Positions 47,287 through 58,168 of a DNA stretch of 64,000 nt are shown one piece after another. The notes beneath the pieces were generated by a model that saw only the letters and a list, made by a program, of their open reading frames with translations, made no database searches and had not been told where the DNA came from. How positions within the stretch are numbered: position 1 is the first letter of the stretch; every line of letters begins with the position of its first letter. Both the position numbers and the translations under genes were made by a program. This stretch comes from Gammaproteobacteria bacterium (lineage in GTDB: Bacteria; Pseudomonadota; Gammaproteobacteria; Pseudomonadales; Pseudohongiellaceae), in NCBI GenBank assembly GCA_051252515.1, contig JBPOFS010000004.1, positions 228,880 through 292,879 on the forward strand, given 5' to 3'.

Positions 47287-48792
47287 TTACAGAGTTTTCA
47301 ACGTGGGTTTTACCACCTTGCCCATTGCGTTACGCGGCAAACTCTCGACAACACGTAACGTTTTTGGAATCTTATAGGCGGACATTCTAGTTTCGCACCA
47401 ATATTTGAGAGCCTTAAGCTCCAACTCTTGGTCAGCTTTTAACACTACGAATGCTGTGACGGCTTCACCCCACGTATCATCAGGCATACCAATGACGGCA
47501 CACTCTTCAATTGCAGGATGCATCAGCAAGGTTCCCTCTATCTCAAGCGCCGACAATTTGTAGCCACCAGATTTTATAATATCGACTGAGGAACGCCCCA
47601 TTATGCGGTAGTAGCCCGTTTCACGTACGGCCACATCCCCGGTACAAAACCAATCGCCAATAAAGCTTTCTTTTGTGGCAGTCGGGTTGTCCCAATACTC
47701 CAAGAATACATTGTCACCCTTAACACGAATCTCACCGGGCACGTCATCCATTTCTATGAGTTTACCGTCGTCATCAAAAAGTCCAATTTCCACTCCTGGC
47801 AAAGGCATGCCTACAGCACCAGCACGACGATCTCCATGATAGGGATTAGAGATCCCCATACCGATCTCGGTCATGCCGTAACGCTCCAACAAGGTTTGCC
47901 CTGTCAATTCGCGCCAATGGTTATACAACTTTACGGGGCAAGCAGCGGAGCCACTAATATTAAGGCGCATCGCTTTAAAGCCCGCACAAATTTGCTGACG
48001 TTTTTGTTCACTCAGGGTATCTAAATGGCCAATGATTTTCACATACACAGTCGGAACGGCCATAAAAACTGTGTAGTCGCGATCAGCCACTTGGGTAAGA
48101 ATTCGCGACATATCAAACTTAGGAAATAGCACAATGCGCGCGCCAATCCACAGTCCGCAACATAGAACATTAATTATGCCGTGAATATGATGTAACGGCA
48201 GAAAAAGCGGAATCGAGTCATCACTCTGCCACTTCCAAGCCTCTAGTAAAGTCGTTATTTGAGCGCGAATATTGGCATGGGTTGTGACAACGCCTTTAGG
48301 CTTATTCGTCGTACCACTTGTAAACAACATCATGGCACGTCGTTCGATCTTCAGCTCCGGCATCACCGTCATTTTATCACTCAACAACTCTGGCACTGTT
48401 GCGACTTCTATATTCAATGACTTACACAGCACGTGCAGGGGAGCAAGAGACTCAGGGTTTGAGCTGATACTCAACACTAAACGCGTGACCTTGGCACTAC
48501 TCAGAACATGTTCAATTTCAGGCATTGCGGCGGCCGTATTGAGCGGTACAGCGATACCACCGGCACGCCATATTCCCAAAAGAGTTGTCACATAATCCAC
48601 ACTGGCTGGCATAAAGAACGCGACACGCTCCTCTTTAAGATCACGAGCTTTACCTAAGAGTCCGCTAGCAAAACGATCGATACGTTGACGCAGTTCGGTG
48701 TAAGACCACATCGCGGCACCATCATGCAATGCTATCGAATTGTTGCTGTAATTAATCGCGGGGAAAGGCCGCATGTTTGACGTTGTATCCAT
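47287..48792 (-). CDS. AMP-dependent acyl-CoA synthetase/ligase (possibly malonyl-CoA synthetase)
   Basis: ANL-superfamily motifs are MLFTSGTTNKPKGV, GYYRIMGRSSDIIKSGGYK-type and a C-terminal PRNAMGKV. The ATG at 48792 avoids overlap with madM. The substrate is inferred only from the madLM neighbours. Confidence 0.8.
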   Translation of the reverse strand: MDTTSNMRPFPAINYSNNSIALHDGAAMWSYTELRQRIDRFASGLLGKARDLKEERVAFFMPASVDYVTTLLGIWRAGGIAVPLNTAAAMPEIEHVLSSAKVTRLVLSISSNPESLAPLHVLCKSLNIEVATVPELLSDKMTVMPELKIERRAMMLFTSGTTNKPKGVVTTHANIRAQITTLLEAWKWQSDDSIPLFLPLHHIHGIINVLCCGLWIGARIVLFPKFDMSRILTQVADRDYTVFMAVPTVYVKIIGHLDTLSEQKRQQICAGFKAMRLNISGSAACPVKLYNHWRELTGQTLLERYGMTEIGMGISNPYHGDRRAGAVGMPLPGVEIGLFDDDGKLIEMDDVPGEIRVKGDNVFLEYWDNPTATKESFIGDWFCTGDVAVRETGYYRIMGRSSVDIIKSGGYKLSALEIEGTLLMHPAIEECAVIGMPDDTWGEAVTAFVVLKADQELELKALKYWCETRMSAYKIPKTLRVVESLPRNAMGKVVKPTLKTL

Positions 48793-48820
48793 AAATAAAA
48801 ATCCAAATAACTGACTAATT

Positions 48821-49579
48821 CTAGGTGAATGCTCGTACACCAAAATATAATACCGACGGTCCCAATAAACAGCCGATACCCGTGTAAAAGGTTGCTGTCA
48901 TTGCCCCGTACGGAACAAGCCGCGGGTCCGTTGCTGCCAACCCCCCTGCGACACCACTTGTAGTCCCCATCAAACCACCAAAGACCATGGCAGATTGTGG
49001 ATTATTGAGGCCAATTCTGTGAGCCACCATCGGGGTCACAACCATCACCAAAATTGACTTTACCACGCCCGCTGCCACACTTAAGGCAATCACATCAGAA
49101 CTTGCCCCAATTGCGGTGCCGGTCACAGGCCCAACAATATAGGTCACAGCACCCGCGCCAATAGTGGTAATGCTTTCCGCATCGGTATAGCCAAACAATA
49201 CCGCCACAAGCGCACCAATTAGAAACGAGACGAAGACACCCGCAAAAATTGAGACTATGCCCGCTAGCCCTGCTTTTCGCAGCTCGCTTAAATGGACACC
49301 GAAGGCAGTGGCCACAATGCCAAAATCGCGCATCATGCCTCCTCCCATTATCCCTATACCTGCGAGCACGCTGATATCGGCCACTCCTCGACGCCCTTCG
49401 GTTTCAAGCCCCGCAAAATAAGCAGCTACCAAGCCAAGTAAAATTGCGATTGCAGATCCGTGAATACGACCATAGGTCAAGTGATTGGAAATCATATAGG
49501 AGAAATAAATAGCGATCCCCACAACAGTAAAGGCAACGATCAACGCATTCGCTCTCAACACTTCGCTCAAGGTTTCCAT
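48821..49579 (-). CDS. madM: Malonate transporter subunit MadM
   Basis: 252 aa polytopic membrane protein. It is adjacent to and overlaps by 1 nt the small MadL-like gene. The composition and length are typical of MadM. Confidence 0.7.
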   Translation of the reverse strand: METLSEVLRANALIVAFTVVGIAIYFSYMISNHLTYGRIHGSAIAILLGLVAAYFAGLETEGRRGVADISVLAGIGIMGGGMMRDFGIVATAFGVHLSELRKAGLAGIVSIFAGVFVSFLIGALVAVLFGYTDAESITTIGAGAVTYIVGPVTGTAIGASSDVIALSVAAGVVKSILVMVVTPMVAHRIGLNNPQSAMVFGGLMGTTSGVAGGLAATDPRLVPYGAMTATFYTGIGCLLGPSVLYFGVRAFT

Positions 49580-49992
49580 CAGACGTCCTGCTTATTGGCG
49601 AAGGTGCTCACTTCATCAAGCGGTGGTAATGGCTCGCAAGGCTCCCCTATTCGACTTATCAGCGGCACCAATAGAAAACTGACCACCACGGCAAGGACGC
49701 CCACGATTAACGCCAGCATCCCGCCATCAACCGCAGCAACAACGTTTTGGCTTGCAGCCATAGCCACGACTATGGGGATATACATTGCCCCCCAAAACCT
49801 AATGCCTTCACCCGAAGGTCCCGTCACCAACGCTTTCATTCGCGTAGAGCCACTAAGCAACACCAAGAGCAGCATCGCGATGCCAACACCTCCGACATTA
49901 GCTTGCACCCCTAAAAGCTGTCCTAGCAACTCTCCTACGTATAACCCGGTTACGAGGCATGCGGCCAATAAAGCAACGCCATAGATGATCAT
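49579..49992 (-). CDS. madL: Malonate transporter subunit MadL
   Basis: It starts at MIIYGVALLAACLVTGLYVGELLG, with AAGGAAA 7 nt upstream. It is about 137 aa with four hydrophobic helices. The long form starting at 50106 is unlikely. Confidence 0.68.
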   Translation of the reverse strand: MIIYGVALLAACLVTGLYVGELLGQLLGVQANVGGVGIAMLLLVLLSGSTRMKALVTGPSGEGIRFWGAMYIPIVVAMAASQNVVAAVDGGMLALIVGVLAVVVSFLLVPLISRIGEPCEPLPPLDEVSTFANKQDV

Positions 49993-50117
49993 GCTATTTT
50001 CCTTATTGTTATATACGAAACCATCCAAAACAGTATAACGAAGCAATAGAGGCGTGTCAGAGAAGTTGTTTCCTTTTATACTAGCGTTGAAACGCTCATC
50101 ATTCACAGAGACCTCCT

Positions 50118-50468
50118 ATGAACGACTACATCGAGTATCTAAAGGAAGTGTTCTCAGGGTTAGGGGTTATAAGCGCAAAACGCATGTTTGGCGGCCATGG
50201 TTTGTATCATGACTCTTTGATGTTTGCGCTCATAGCCGACGACGTTGTTTACCTTAAAGCCGATACACAGAACGCCGACCACTTTGAGGAGCTAGGGCTA
50301 GAGAAATTCCAATACGAAAAAAGTGGCAAATTGATGTCGATATCGTATTATCAAGCCCCTGACGAACTATTTGATGACCCAGAATTAGCGGCACAATGGG
50401 CTAGAAGATCATGGGAAGCCGCTTTACGTGGCGACCAAAAAAAGCGAAAGCCAACGCATTTTAAGTAA
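50118..50468 (+). CDS. TfoX N-terminal domain protein
   Basis: 116 aa. The block AKRMFGGHGLYHDSLMFALIADDVVYLKAD is typical of TfoX_N. Confidence 0.72.
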   Translation: MNDYIEYLKEVFSGLGVISAKRMFGGHGLYHDSLMFALIADDVVYLKADTQNADHFEELGLEKFQYEKSGKLMSISYYQAPDELFDDPELAAQWARRSWEAALRGDQKKRKPTHFK

Positions 50469-50496
50469 CCCACCAACAAGTATTTAGAGACTAAAA

Positions 50497-50871
50497 ATGG
50501 ACGCAATATTTAAGGCACACCCCGTAATGTTTAGAGCAAACCCGCTGGGCTTTCTTCTTGCCTTTTTGTTAATTTTTGTGGGCGTGGGGATTTTTATTTT
50601 CATCTATTGGTTTATGCAAGTGCGAACAACAACACTCAGCATTTCCCAAGACCATGTATTGTATTCTCAAGGGATATTCAGCCGATCCAATGCCGAGATC
50701 GACTTAGACGGCATTCGCACTGTGCGAGTCAATCAAAGCTTAATCAATCGGATTTTCGATACAGGAACAGTTGAGTTTTACACGGCAGGAGATTCACCGG
50801 AGATCATTGCGCGCAATTTATCTGCGCCCAATAAAATCCGTGAACTTATTAAGAGCAACCAATCGGCTTAA
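50497..50871 (+). CDS. Bacterial PH-domain (bPH_2/YdbS-like) membrane protein
   Basis: 124 aa with two N-terminal TM helices followed by a YdbS-type beta-rich domain ([18 protein letters not shown]). Confidence 0.6.
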   Translation: MDAIFKAHPVMFRANPLGFLLAFLLIFVGVGIFIFIYWFMQVRTTTLSISQDHVLYSQGIFSRSNAEIDLDGIRTVRVNQSLINRIFDTGTVEFYTAGDSPEIIARNLSAPNKIRELIKSNQSA

Positions 50872-51866
50872 CGTCGCAGCTCTTTGGGCATGCTGAAAAC
50901 AATATTTTCCTCAACACCATTGAGCTCTTCCGGGGCTTGATTACAAATCTGCTGAAGCCTTTGTACCACTTGCTGCACAAGCACTTCAGGTGCAGAGGCC
51001 CCTGCGGTGACGCCAAAACGTGTTTTATTTTCAAACCACTGCGGCTGAACATCATCAACACTGTCAATAAGGTATGACTCGCACCCTAAACGTTCGGCCA
51101 ACTCTTTTAATCGATTTGAATTAGAACTATTGGGCGAGCCCACTACTAGCAACAATTCACACTCTAGCGCGAGTTGTTTTACCGCATCTTGTCGGTTCTG
51201 AGTGGCGTAGCAAATATCTTTCTTGCGCGGCCCTTCAATCTTTGGAAACCGAGCGCGCAGCGCGTCAATAATGCGTGAGGTGTCGTCCATGGACAATGTC
51301 GTTTGCGTGACATAAGACAGTTTTGCTGGGTCGTTTACTTCTAGTTTCTCAACATCCTCTACCGACTCAACAAGATAAATCTTACCGCCAACACTATCGT
51401 CATACTGCCCCATAGTGCCTTCTACTTCAGGGTGAAACTCATGGCCGATCAAGACGCATTCACGCCCGGCATTACTAAACCCTATGACTTCCAAATGCAC
51501 TTTCGTCACTAAAGGACACGTAGCATCAAAGACTTTAAAACCACGATGCTCGGCATCTTCCTTAACAGATTGGGATACGCCGTGGGCACTAAACACCACG
51601 ATGGAGGAGCGCCCTTTTGCATCGACTGACGGAATATCATTAAGCTCATCAACAAAGATGGCACCACGACGCCGAAGCGTATCGACAACAAATTTGTTAT
51701 GCACCACTTCATGTCGGACATAGATAGGAGCACCGTATATATCGAGTGCACGATTCACAATATCAATAGCACGATCAACGCCAGCACAAAACCCACGTGG
51801 ATTTGCCAGCTTTACCTGGGCCGTCCTCTGTTCACCGTTTGGATCAACATGCTGCACAGCACTCAT
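50868..51866 (-). CDS. ispH: 4-hydroxy-3-methylbut-2-enyl diphosphate reductase
   Basis: 332 aa with the blocks [38 protein letters not shown] and a third Cys in ICYATQNRQ. Confidence 0.95.
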   Translation of the reverse strand: MSAVQHVDPNGEQRTAQVKLANPRGFCAGVDRAIDIVNRALDIYGAPIYVRHEVVHNKFVVDTLRRRGAIFVDELNDIPSVDAKGRSSIVVFSAHGVSQSVKEDAEHRGFKVFDATCPLVTKVHLEVIGFSNAGRECVLIGHEFHPEVEGTMGQYDDSVGGKIYLVESVEDVEKLEVNDPAKLSYVTQTTLSMDDTSRIIDALRARFPKIEGPRKKDICYATQNRQDAVKQLALECELLLVVGSPNSSNSNRLKELAERLGCESYLIDSVDDVQPQWFENKTRFGVTAGASAPEVLVQQVVQRLQQICNQAPEELNGVEENIVFSMPKELRR

Positions 51867-52378
51867 TAACGAATCTCCATTACCTGCACATCCGCAGGAA
51901 TCACCGACATTAACTTAGCTTTGAATAAAATCTCTCGACCCGCCAATGGATGATTAAAATCCATCACCAAGGTATCTTCATCAATCGATTTCACAACGCC
52001 AGGTATCTCAAACCCTCCAGCATCAGCAAAGGAGAGCATGGTGCCCTCCACTACTGGGTCAGTAGAGTTTGCGAGTAAGCGCGCAAACTTTTGCCGCGGA
52101 AACACCTGTACGTTACCAGGGTTGACCGCTCCAAACCCTTCGTCTTCTGACAATAACACTTCAACAGAGTCGCCGGCGGCACAACCCAACAGAGTCGATT
52201 CAAAACCAGGCAAAAGACTGCCATCGCCCATAACAAAACTGGCAGGCGACTTGTCAAAGTTGCTGTCGACCAACGTCCCGTCTGTCAACTCCAACGAAAA
52301 GAACAATGTGACCTTGCTTCCCGCTGCTACCAATGCCTTCGCATTGGCTGCAGACGCTTGCGTTTCTAACTCAGGCAT
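51866..52378 (-). CDS. fkpB: FKBP-type peptidyl-prolyl cis-trans isomerase (FkpB/SlpA type)
   Basis: It starts at MPELETQ... (ATG 52378), overlapping the ileS stop by 8 nt. The FKBP core plus IF insert is present ([30 protein letters not shown]). The ORF track start at 52564 lies inside ileS. Confidence 0.8.
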   Translation of the reverse strand: MPELETQASAANAKALVAAGSKVTLFFSLELTDGTLVDSNFDKSPASFVMGDGSLLPGFESTLLGCAAGDSVEVLLSEDEGFGAVNPGNVQVFPRQKFARLLANSTDPVVEGTMLSFADAGGFEIPGVVKSIDEDTLVMDFNHPLAGREILFKAKLMSVIPADVQVMEIR

Positions 52379-55196
52379 AAAGACGCGACTCTCCCTCACC
52401 TGTGATGTTTTCAACACAACGAGCACACAATTCTGGATGCTCGCTTTGTGAACCCACATCGGCTCGATGGTGCCAGCAACGGACACACTTAACGCCTTCA
52501 GAAGCCTTGATTTGAACACGTAAGCCATCCACCTCAGTGGCGGCGGCTGCATCACCCTGCGCAATCGGCTGTATCTGCGCCTGGGACACCATCAATGCGA
52601 ATCGCAACTCATCTTCGAGACGTGACAACAATACCGCTAGCTCATCACTGCAAAACAGTGTGACTTCGGCGCTTAGTGCGGAACCAATGAGTTTCTCACT
52701 GCGTTGTTTTTCTAACTCTTTATTAACGGCCGTCTTCACCAACATCACTTGGCCCCAGTAGGCATCGTTCATGTCCGTGGCTTCTGGCAACAATGCCAAT
52801 CCATCCGAGAACTGAGATAGCAAGACTGACTCGCTACGCTCACCAGGGATGCTGGACCAAATCTCTTCAGCAGTGAAGCTCAATATCGGTGCCACCAATC
52901 GACTTAATATCTCGACGATATGGTAGAGCGCCGTTTGCGTTGAACGTCGCGCCAAACTATCTTCGCGCGTTGTGTATTGACGGTCTTTGATCACATCAAG
53001 ATAGAAGCTTCCTAACTCGATAACACAGAAATTATGCACTTTTTGATACACACCCAAGAAGTGGTAGTTATCATAATCTTCCTGCACTTCTTGTTGTAAT
53101 AATTGCGTTCGACGAGTGATCCAATAATCAAGGGCCAGCATATTTTCTGGCGCAACCAAGTTCACTTTTGGGTCAAAGCCTGACAGGTTTGATAATAAAA
53201 AACGTGCCGTATTACGTATGCGACGATAAGAATCTGCCACTCGCTTGAGGATCTCGCTCGATGCCGTCATCTCGCCACGATAATCTGTCGATGCAACCCA
53301 GAGACGTAATATATCTGCGCCGTACTCTTTAAACACTTCCTGTGGAGAGATGGTATTGCCGATAGATTTCGACATTTTTCGCCCAGTAGAGTCCACGGTA
53401 AAGCCGTGCGTTAGCACTTGCTTGTAAGGGGCTTGCCCGGTCATGGCGATAGACGTCTTAAGTGACGACTGGAACCAGCCTCGGTGCTGATCCGAGCCTT
53501 CAAGGTAAAGATCTGCAGGGAACGAAAGCTCCTCGCGCTGTCTTAATACTGAATAGTGAGTCACTCCCGAGTCAAACCACACATCGAGGGTATCCGTTAC
53601 CTTGCTGTACTGCGCAGCCTCATCCCCAAGGATGTCCTCTGCGCTCATTTCAAACCAAGCTTCGATACCTTTCTCTTCGATGCGCAGCGCGATCTCTTCC
53701 ACTAACTCTGTCGTGCGCGGGTGCAATTGCTGAGTTTCCTTATGCACGAACAAGGTGATTGGAACACCCCACGTACGCTGACGAGAAACACACCAATCAG
53801 GGCTGCCTTTAAGCATTAGCTCTATACGCGCCTTGCCCCAATCGGGTATCCATTGCACGTTATCAACAGCCTCTAATGCCGAATCAAGAAGAGAATTCTC
53901 GGTCATGCTGATAAACCACTGCGGCGTCGCTCTGTAGATCAACGGCGTTTTTGTACGCCAGCAATGCGCATAACTGTGGACTATTTTATTCAATGCTAGC
54001 AAAGCCTTACGCTGCTTCAGCACATCAATGACACGCTCATCAGTTTTATAAACATGCTCACCTGCAAACTCACCACCGGCAGCAGTGAAGAGACCATCAT
54101 CATCGATTAGGTTCAGAGTACCAAGGCCATAAGCACGTCCAACGTTGAAGTCGTCTACGCCGTGATCGGGAGCGGTATGCACCGCACCTGTGCCCGCGTC
54201 GGTCGTCACGTGATCCCCTAAGATGACAGGCACGTGTCGGGCCACAAACGGATGCTCTAATGACAATAACTCTAATGTGGCGCCCTTTGCAGTGCCAAGC
54301 ACTTCGTAAGACTCACAGCCATAACGGGTCATGATGCCCTCGACCATATCCGCCGCGACTACAATCGCTTCAGGGCCGTTTTCAAATTCGCAGTTCACTA
54401 TTGCGTAGTCTAGTTCCGCGTGCAGGCTTACCGCCTGATTTGATGGCAGTGTCCAAGGCGTTGTCGTCCAGATGACCACTGACAAATTACGCTCACCTAG
54501 ATCTGCGGGTACTTTCCCGAAAGGTGCGAGGAACTTTTCTTTGTCTACAACGGCAAAACGAACATCAATTGCGAAGGAGGTTTTATCTTGATACTCAACT
54601 TCAGCCTCAGCCAATGCGGAGCCACCGACAACACTCCAGTACACAGGCTTAAAGCCTTTCACCAAATGACCGTTGGCCGCTATTTGCCCTAAGGCACGAA
54701 CAGTATCGGCCTCAGTTTTGAAATTCATGGTCAAATAAGGATTATCCCATTCGCCCAACACGCCAAGGCGAACGAAGTCTTTCTTTTGGATCTCAACTTG
54801 TTTGCTAGCGTAAGTACGACACGCACTACGGAACTCAGCGAAGGAAACTTTTTTCCCTGCCTTGCCGATTTTCTTTTCTACGTTGTGCTCGATTGGCAAA
54901 CCATGACAATCCCAACCTGGCACATATGGGGCATCAAAACCCGCCAAGGTTTTCGACTTCACGATCATGTCTTTCAACGATTTATTGACGGCATGACCCA
55001 AATGCAGAGGACCATTGGCATAGGGAGGCCCATCATGAAGAATAAAACGTGGCCGTCCTTTACTGGTTTTTCGTATCAAGCCATAGAGATCGATATCCTG
55101 CCAGTGCTCCAACATTTTCGGTTCACGTTGCGCAAGGCTCGCCTTCATCGGGAAAGCCGTTTGCGGCAAGTTCAAGGTGCTTTTATAATCAGTCAT
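52371..55196 (-). CDS. ileS: Isoleucine--tRNA ligase
   Basis: 941 aa with HIGH ([12 protein letters not shown]), KMSKS (KMSKSIGN) and a C-terminal Zn-binding CxxC..CxxC (CVRCWH...CARC). Confidence 0.96.
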   Translation of the reverse strand: MTDYKSTLNLPQTAFPMKASLAQREPKMLEHWQDIDLYGLIRKTSKGRPRFILHDGPPYANGPLHLGHAVNKSLKDMIVKSKTLAGFDAPYVPGWDCHGLPIEHNVEKKIGKAGKKVSFAEFRSACRTYASKQVEIQKKDFVRLGVLGEWDNPYLTMNFKTEADTVRALGQIAANGHLVKGFKPVYWSVVGGSALAEAEVEYQDKTSFAIDVRFAVVDKEKFLAPFGKVPADLGERNLSVVIWTTTPWTLPSNQAVSLHAELDYAIVNCEFENGPEAIVVAADMVEGIMTRYGCESYEVLGTAKGATLELLSLEHPFVARHVPVILGDHVTTDAGTGAVHTAPDHGVDDFNVGRAYGLGTLNLIDDDGLFTAAGGEFAGEHVYKTDERVIDVLKQRKALLALNKIVHSYAHCWRTKTPLIYRATPQWFISMTENSLLDSALEAVDNVQWIPDWGKARIELMLKGSPDWCVSRQRTWGVPITLFVHKETQQLHPRTTELVEEIALRIEEKGIEAWFEMSAEDILGDEAAQYSKVTDTLDVWFDSGVTHYSVLRQREELSFPADLYLEGSDQHRGWFQSSLKTSIAMTGQAPYKQVLTHGFTVDSTGRKMSKSIGNTISPQEVFKEYGADILRLWVASTDYRGEMTASSEILKRVADSYRRIRNTARFLLSNLSGFDPKVNLVAPENMLALDYWITRRTQLLQQEVQEDYDNYHFLGVYQKVHNFCVIELGSFYLDVIKDRQYTTREDSLARRSTQTALYHIVEILSRLVAPILSFTAEEIWSSIPGERSESVLLSQFSDGLALLPEATDMNDAYWGQVMLVKTAVNKELEKQRSEKLIGSALSAEVTLFCSDELAVLLSRLEDELRFALMVSQAQIQPIAQGDAAAATEVDGLRVQIKASEGVKCVRCWHHRADVGSQSEHPELCARCVENITGEGESRLYA

Positions 55197-55257
55197 TACT
55201 CTTACCTATATTCTGTGTACTGCATTAACAGTGTTTTCTAATACCCTTAGCGCTTTG

Positions 55258-56229
55258 CTATAAGGGCATGTCTTTGGCAAAAAATTCACGTACCGATTGC
55301 ACGTCAATAGCGATACAAGTTTGTAGTGCTTCTAATGACTCAAACTTTCGCTCCTCCCTAATTTTCTGCCGAAAAATCACTGTAATTTGCTCCCCGTAAA
55401 TATCACTGTCGAAATCTAATAAATGGACTTCCAAAATAGCTTTTTTGCCCTCAGATACCGTTGGCCGATAACCGATATTCGCCGCCCCTTTCAAAAACCG
55501 CTCTGCCATGTCGACATTGTCTACTTTGACATCACAGGCGTACACCCCGTGCAAAGGCAAGCTCTTGCGATTCAACCTCACGTTACAAGTTGGAAAACCA
55601 AGATCACGGCCAAGTTGTTGGCCCATGACAACGGTGCCCGAAATACCATAGGGGCGATTCAATAAGAGCTCAACAAGCTCAAAGTCGCCAGCCTGTAACT
55701 GCTCTCGCACGTAGGTACTGCTAATACGAATCCCGTCATGTTCGCAGCTGGTCGATTCGATAAGCTCAAAACCAAAACGCTCACTGTACGCTTTTAGCAT
55801 CCCAAAATCGCCTTGGCGCTGATGCCCAAAGCGAAAATCATTCCCGATAATTAGTGCCGAAATCCCCAAACCATCGACTAGTATCCTTTCAACATAGTCC
55901 TGCGCACTTAGATTGCGTAAGGCTTCATCAAAGTTCAGCTTGTAGACAACGTCCACCCCCAAGTCCTGCAGAAGCGCGAGTTTTTCCTCTAGCTCACTAA
56001 GACGCGCAGGGCACTCTTGAGGGCTTTGGGCAAAAAACTCTTCTGGGTGGGGTTCGATGAGAATCACCACAGAGGGTAACTGCAGTTCGGCGGCTTTATT
56101 ACGTAATTGCTGCACAATGAGCTGATGCCCAGTATGTACGCCATCGAATTTACCGATAGTCGCTACACAGCCTTTATGCTGAGCAAGGAAACCACTCGTT
56201 TCCTCTATGATTTGCATAGTCGGTGCCAC
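55258..56229 (-). CDS. ribF: Bifunctional riboflavin kinase / FMN adenylyltransferase
   Basis: It has the blocks ATIGKFDGVHTGHQ and PTCN plus a C-terminal riboflavin kinase block. The start is either GTG 56229 or ATG 56217. Confidence 0.92.
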   Translation of the reverse strand: MAPTMQIIEETSGFLAQHKGCVATIGKFDGVHTGHQLIVQQLRNKAAELQLPSVVILIEPHPEEFFAQSPQECPARLSELEEKLALLQDLGVDVVYKLNFDEALRNLSAQDYVERILVDGLGISALIIGNDFRFGHQRQGDFGMLKAYSERFGFELIESTSCEHDGIRISSTYVREQLQAGDFELVELLLNRPYGISGTVVMGQQLGRDLGFPTCNVRLNRKSLPLHGVYACDVKVDNVDMAERFLKGAANIGYRPTVSEGKKAILEVHLLDFDSDIYGEQITVIFRQKIREERKFESLEALQTCIAIDVQSVREFFAKDMPL

Positions 56230-56293
56230 AAAGTTTGCCTAGGGAAATAAAAGGGCGAGATTATACCCTGTTAGCTGTGTCAGCCCCAAAAAC

Positions 56294-56542
56294 TTATTCC
56301 TTGGGCCGAACTCTCTGCGTGCCTCTCCTGAACAACAACCGCGCTAATGCTAATAGGCATACAATCATAATCGTCTGCCCGACGATGACATTCACAACTG
56401 AGATGGTTTCGGGTCGTGTAGAGATAAAGATCATATTCACGAGCGTTCCCATTGCAGTGGCCGCAAACACTCCGGCAAATAACAACTGAAATATTCCTAC
56501 GAGCCTATCCATTTTCCCCTCCTGGGGTTCCAGCATGCCCAT
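56294..56542 (-). CDS. Small two-TM membrane protein, unknown function
   Basis: 82 aa with two hydrophobic helices. It lies 6 nt downstream of the oxidoreductase gene. Confidence 0.4.
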   Translation of the reverse strand: MGMLEPQEGKMDRLVGIFQLLFAGVFAATAMGTLVNMIFISTRPETISVVNVIVGQTIMIVCLLALARLLFRRGTQRVRPKE

Positions 56543-56548
56543 GGCGCG

Positions 56549-57574
56549 CTAGGCAACACTCAATACTAATTTACCGATCATTGATCCGGATTCGAGTTTA
56601 GCATGCGCTTTGAGAAGATTCGCCGCCTCTAGAGCACCAAAATGCTCGATTCGAGTATGCCTTAATTGCCCTGCATCAAAAAGCTGTGCAGCCCGCGTCA
56701 ACAAAGCCCCCTGCTCGCCCATATCCGCTGTCTGAAAACGGGCGCGAGTGAACATGAACTCCCAAGTAATGGCGACACTCTTAGGCTTAAAAAGATTGAT
56801 ATTGACGGGCTGATTCGCTTCCGTGTCGACGATCAAGCACAGCTTTCCTTGTGGGCGAATAATGTCGGCCATACTCCGCCAGTACTGGGCTGTCCCCACA
56901 AGGCAAAGGATATAATCAACACCTTCGATCCCGCATCGCTTGCACTCATCTTCCAACTCTTCTTTGTGGTTGAGCACCTCGTCCGCGCCCATATCACGAC
57001 ACCATTGCTCACTCTCAGGCCGAGAGGCAGTCGCAATCACTGTTAGCCCCGCGACTTTCTTTGCTAGCTGAATAGCAATAGACCCTACACCCCCTCCAGC
57101 GCCAATGATCAAAATAGAACGGCCTTGGTTCGCCTGCGGGTCGGCCTGCAAGCCCATTCTTTCAAACATCGCCTCCCATGCCGTAATAGTGGTTAAGGGC
57201 ATAGCGGCCGCATCTTCGAAACTTAGAGTTTTAGGTTTAGTGCCTACAAGACGCTCATCGACAAGGTGGTATTCACTATTGCAGCCAGCCTGGGTGACGT
57301 CCCCCGCGTAGTAGACTTCATCGCCAGGCTTAAACAAGCTGCACTGCTCGCCAACACTTTCCACGACCCCTGCGCAGTCCCATCCCAAGACTCTAGGAAA
57401 GTCCAGACGGCTTCCTGCTGTCATCCGAATCTTAGTATCCACTGGGTTGACCGAAACCGCGCGGACGCGCACGAGTAATTGCCGTGCGCCTGCCACAGGC
57501 ATAGGAACTTCAACATCCTGTAAGGCATTCGCATCGATCACGGGTAATGAATTATGTACGCCTACTGCTCTCAT
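56549..57574 (-). CDS. Zinc-binding alcohol dehydrogenase / quinone oxidoreductase (MDR) family protein
   Basis: 341 aa with a GroES-like N-terminal domain and a Rossmann motif (ILIIGAGGGVGSIAIQLAK). Confidence 0.85.
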   Translation of the reverse strand: MRAVGVHNSLPVIDANALQDVEVPMPVAGARQLLVRVRAVSVNPVDTKIRMTAGSRLDFPRVLGWDCAGVVESVGEQCSLFKPGDEVYYAGDVTQAGCNSEYHLVDERLVGTKPKTLSFEDAAAMPLTTITAWEAMFERMGLQADPQANQGRSILIIGAGGGVGSIAIQLAKKVAGLTVIATASRPESEQWCRDMGADEVLNHKEELEDECKRCGIEGVDYILCLVGTAQYWRSMADIIRPQGKLCLIVDTEANQPVNINLFKPKSVAITWEFMFTRARFQTADMGEQGALLTRAAQLFDAGQLRHTRIEHFGALEAANLLKAHAKLESGSMIGKLVLSVA

Positions 57575-57751
57575 AACGCTCCTCGTTTCTTATTATTAGA
57601 GGCTCAACGCACTGAAGTGGCACGTTAGCCTAAGCGATTCTCACTCCATTATTACACTGCCTAGCCCCAAGCGACACTCCAGCCTCGCTAGCCTTGTTGC
57701 AAATACGACTGCTATGATGCCCAACACACGTATAACAAGGATCGTGACTCA

Positions 57752-58138
57752 ATGCTGGGCAAGTTACTATTTACCATCATCATCATATTGCTCGGAATTC
57801 TGTGGATTCGTCGGAACAGAGAGCAAGAACGCCAAGAAGCGAGCAAAGCTGCCAAACGTACTCCAGAGATCTCTGCATCCCCGCCCGCCTTAAATGATTA
57901 CCGCTTTGCGGCGTATCTATTCCTAGCCCTGATGATCGGCTCTGGCTCATACCTTTATTACCAGCGCTGGCAAGATGACCACCGGTTAGTCACAGTCCTG
58001 CTTCATCGCGACGGCGCCCAATCTCCTGTCACTTATCAAGTACAAAAAAGTGAGCTAGAAGAGCGGGCCTTCACCACGATCGATGGAATTCGAGTCACCG
58101 TTGCGGCAAGCGAGCGCATGGAAGTGATTGGCCTTTAG
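57752..58138 (+). CDS. Membrane protein, unknown function
   Basis: 128 aa with two TM helices separated by a charged linker. No motif is recognised. Confidence 0.45.
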   Translation: MLGKLLFTIIIILLGILWIRRNREQERQEASKAAKRTPEISASPPALNDYRFAAYLFLALMIGSGSYLYYQRWQDDHRLVTVLLHRDGAQSPVTYQVQKSELEERAFTTIDGIRVTVAASERMEVIGL

Positions 58139-58168
58139 CTATTAGGCGACAAAATTCGTGAGAACGCT

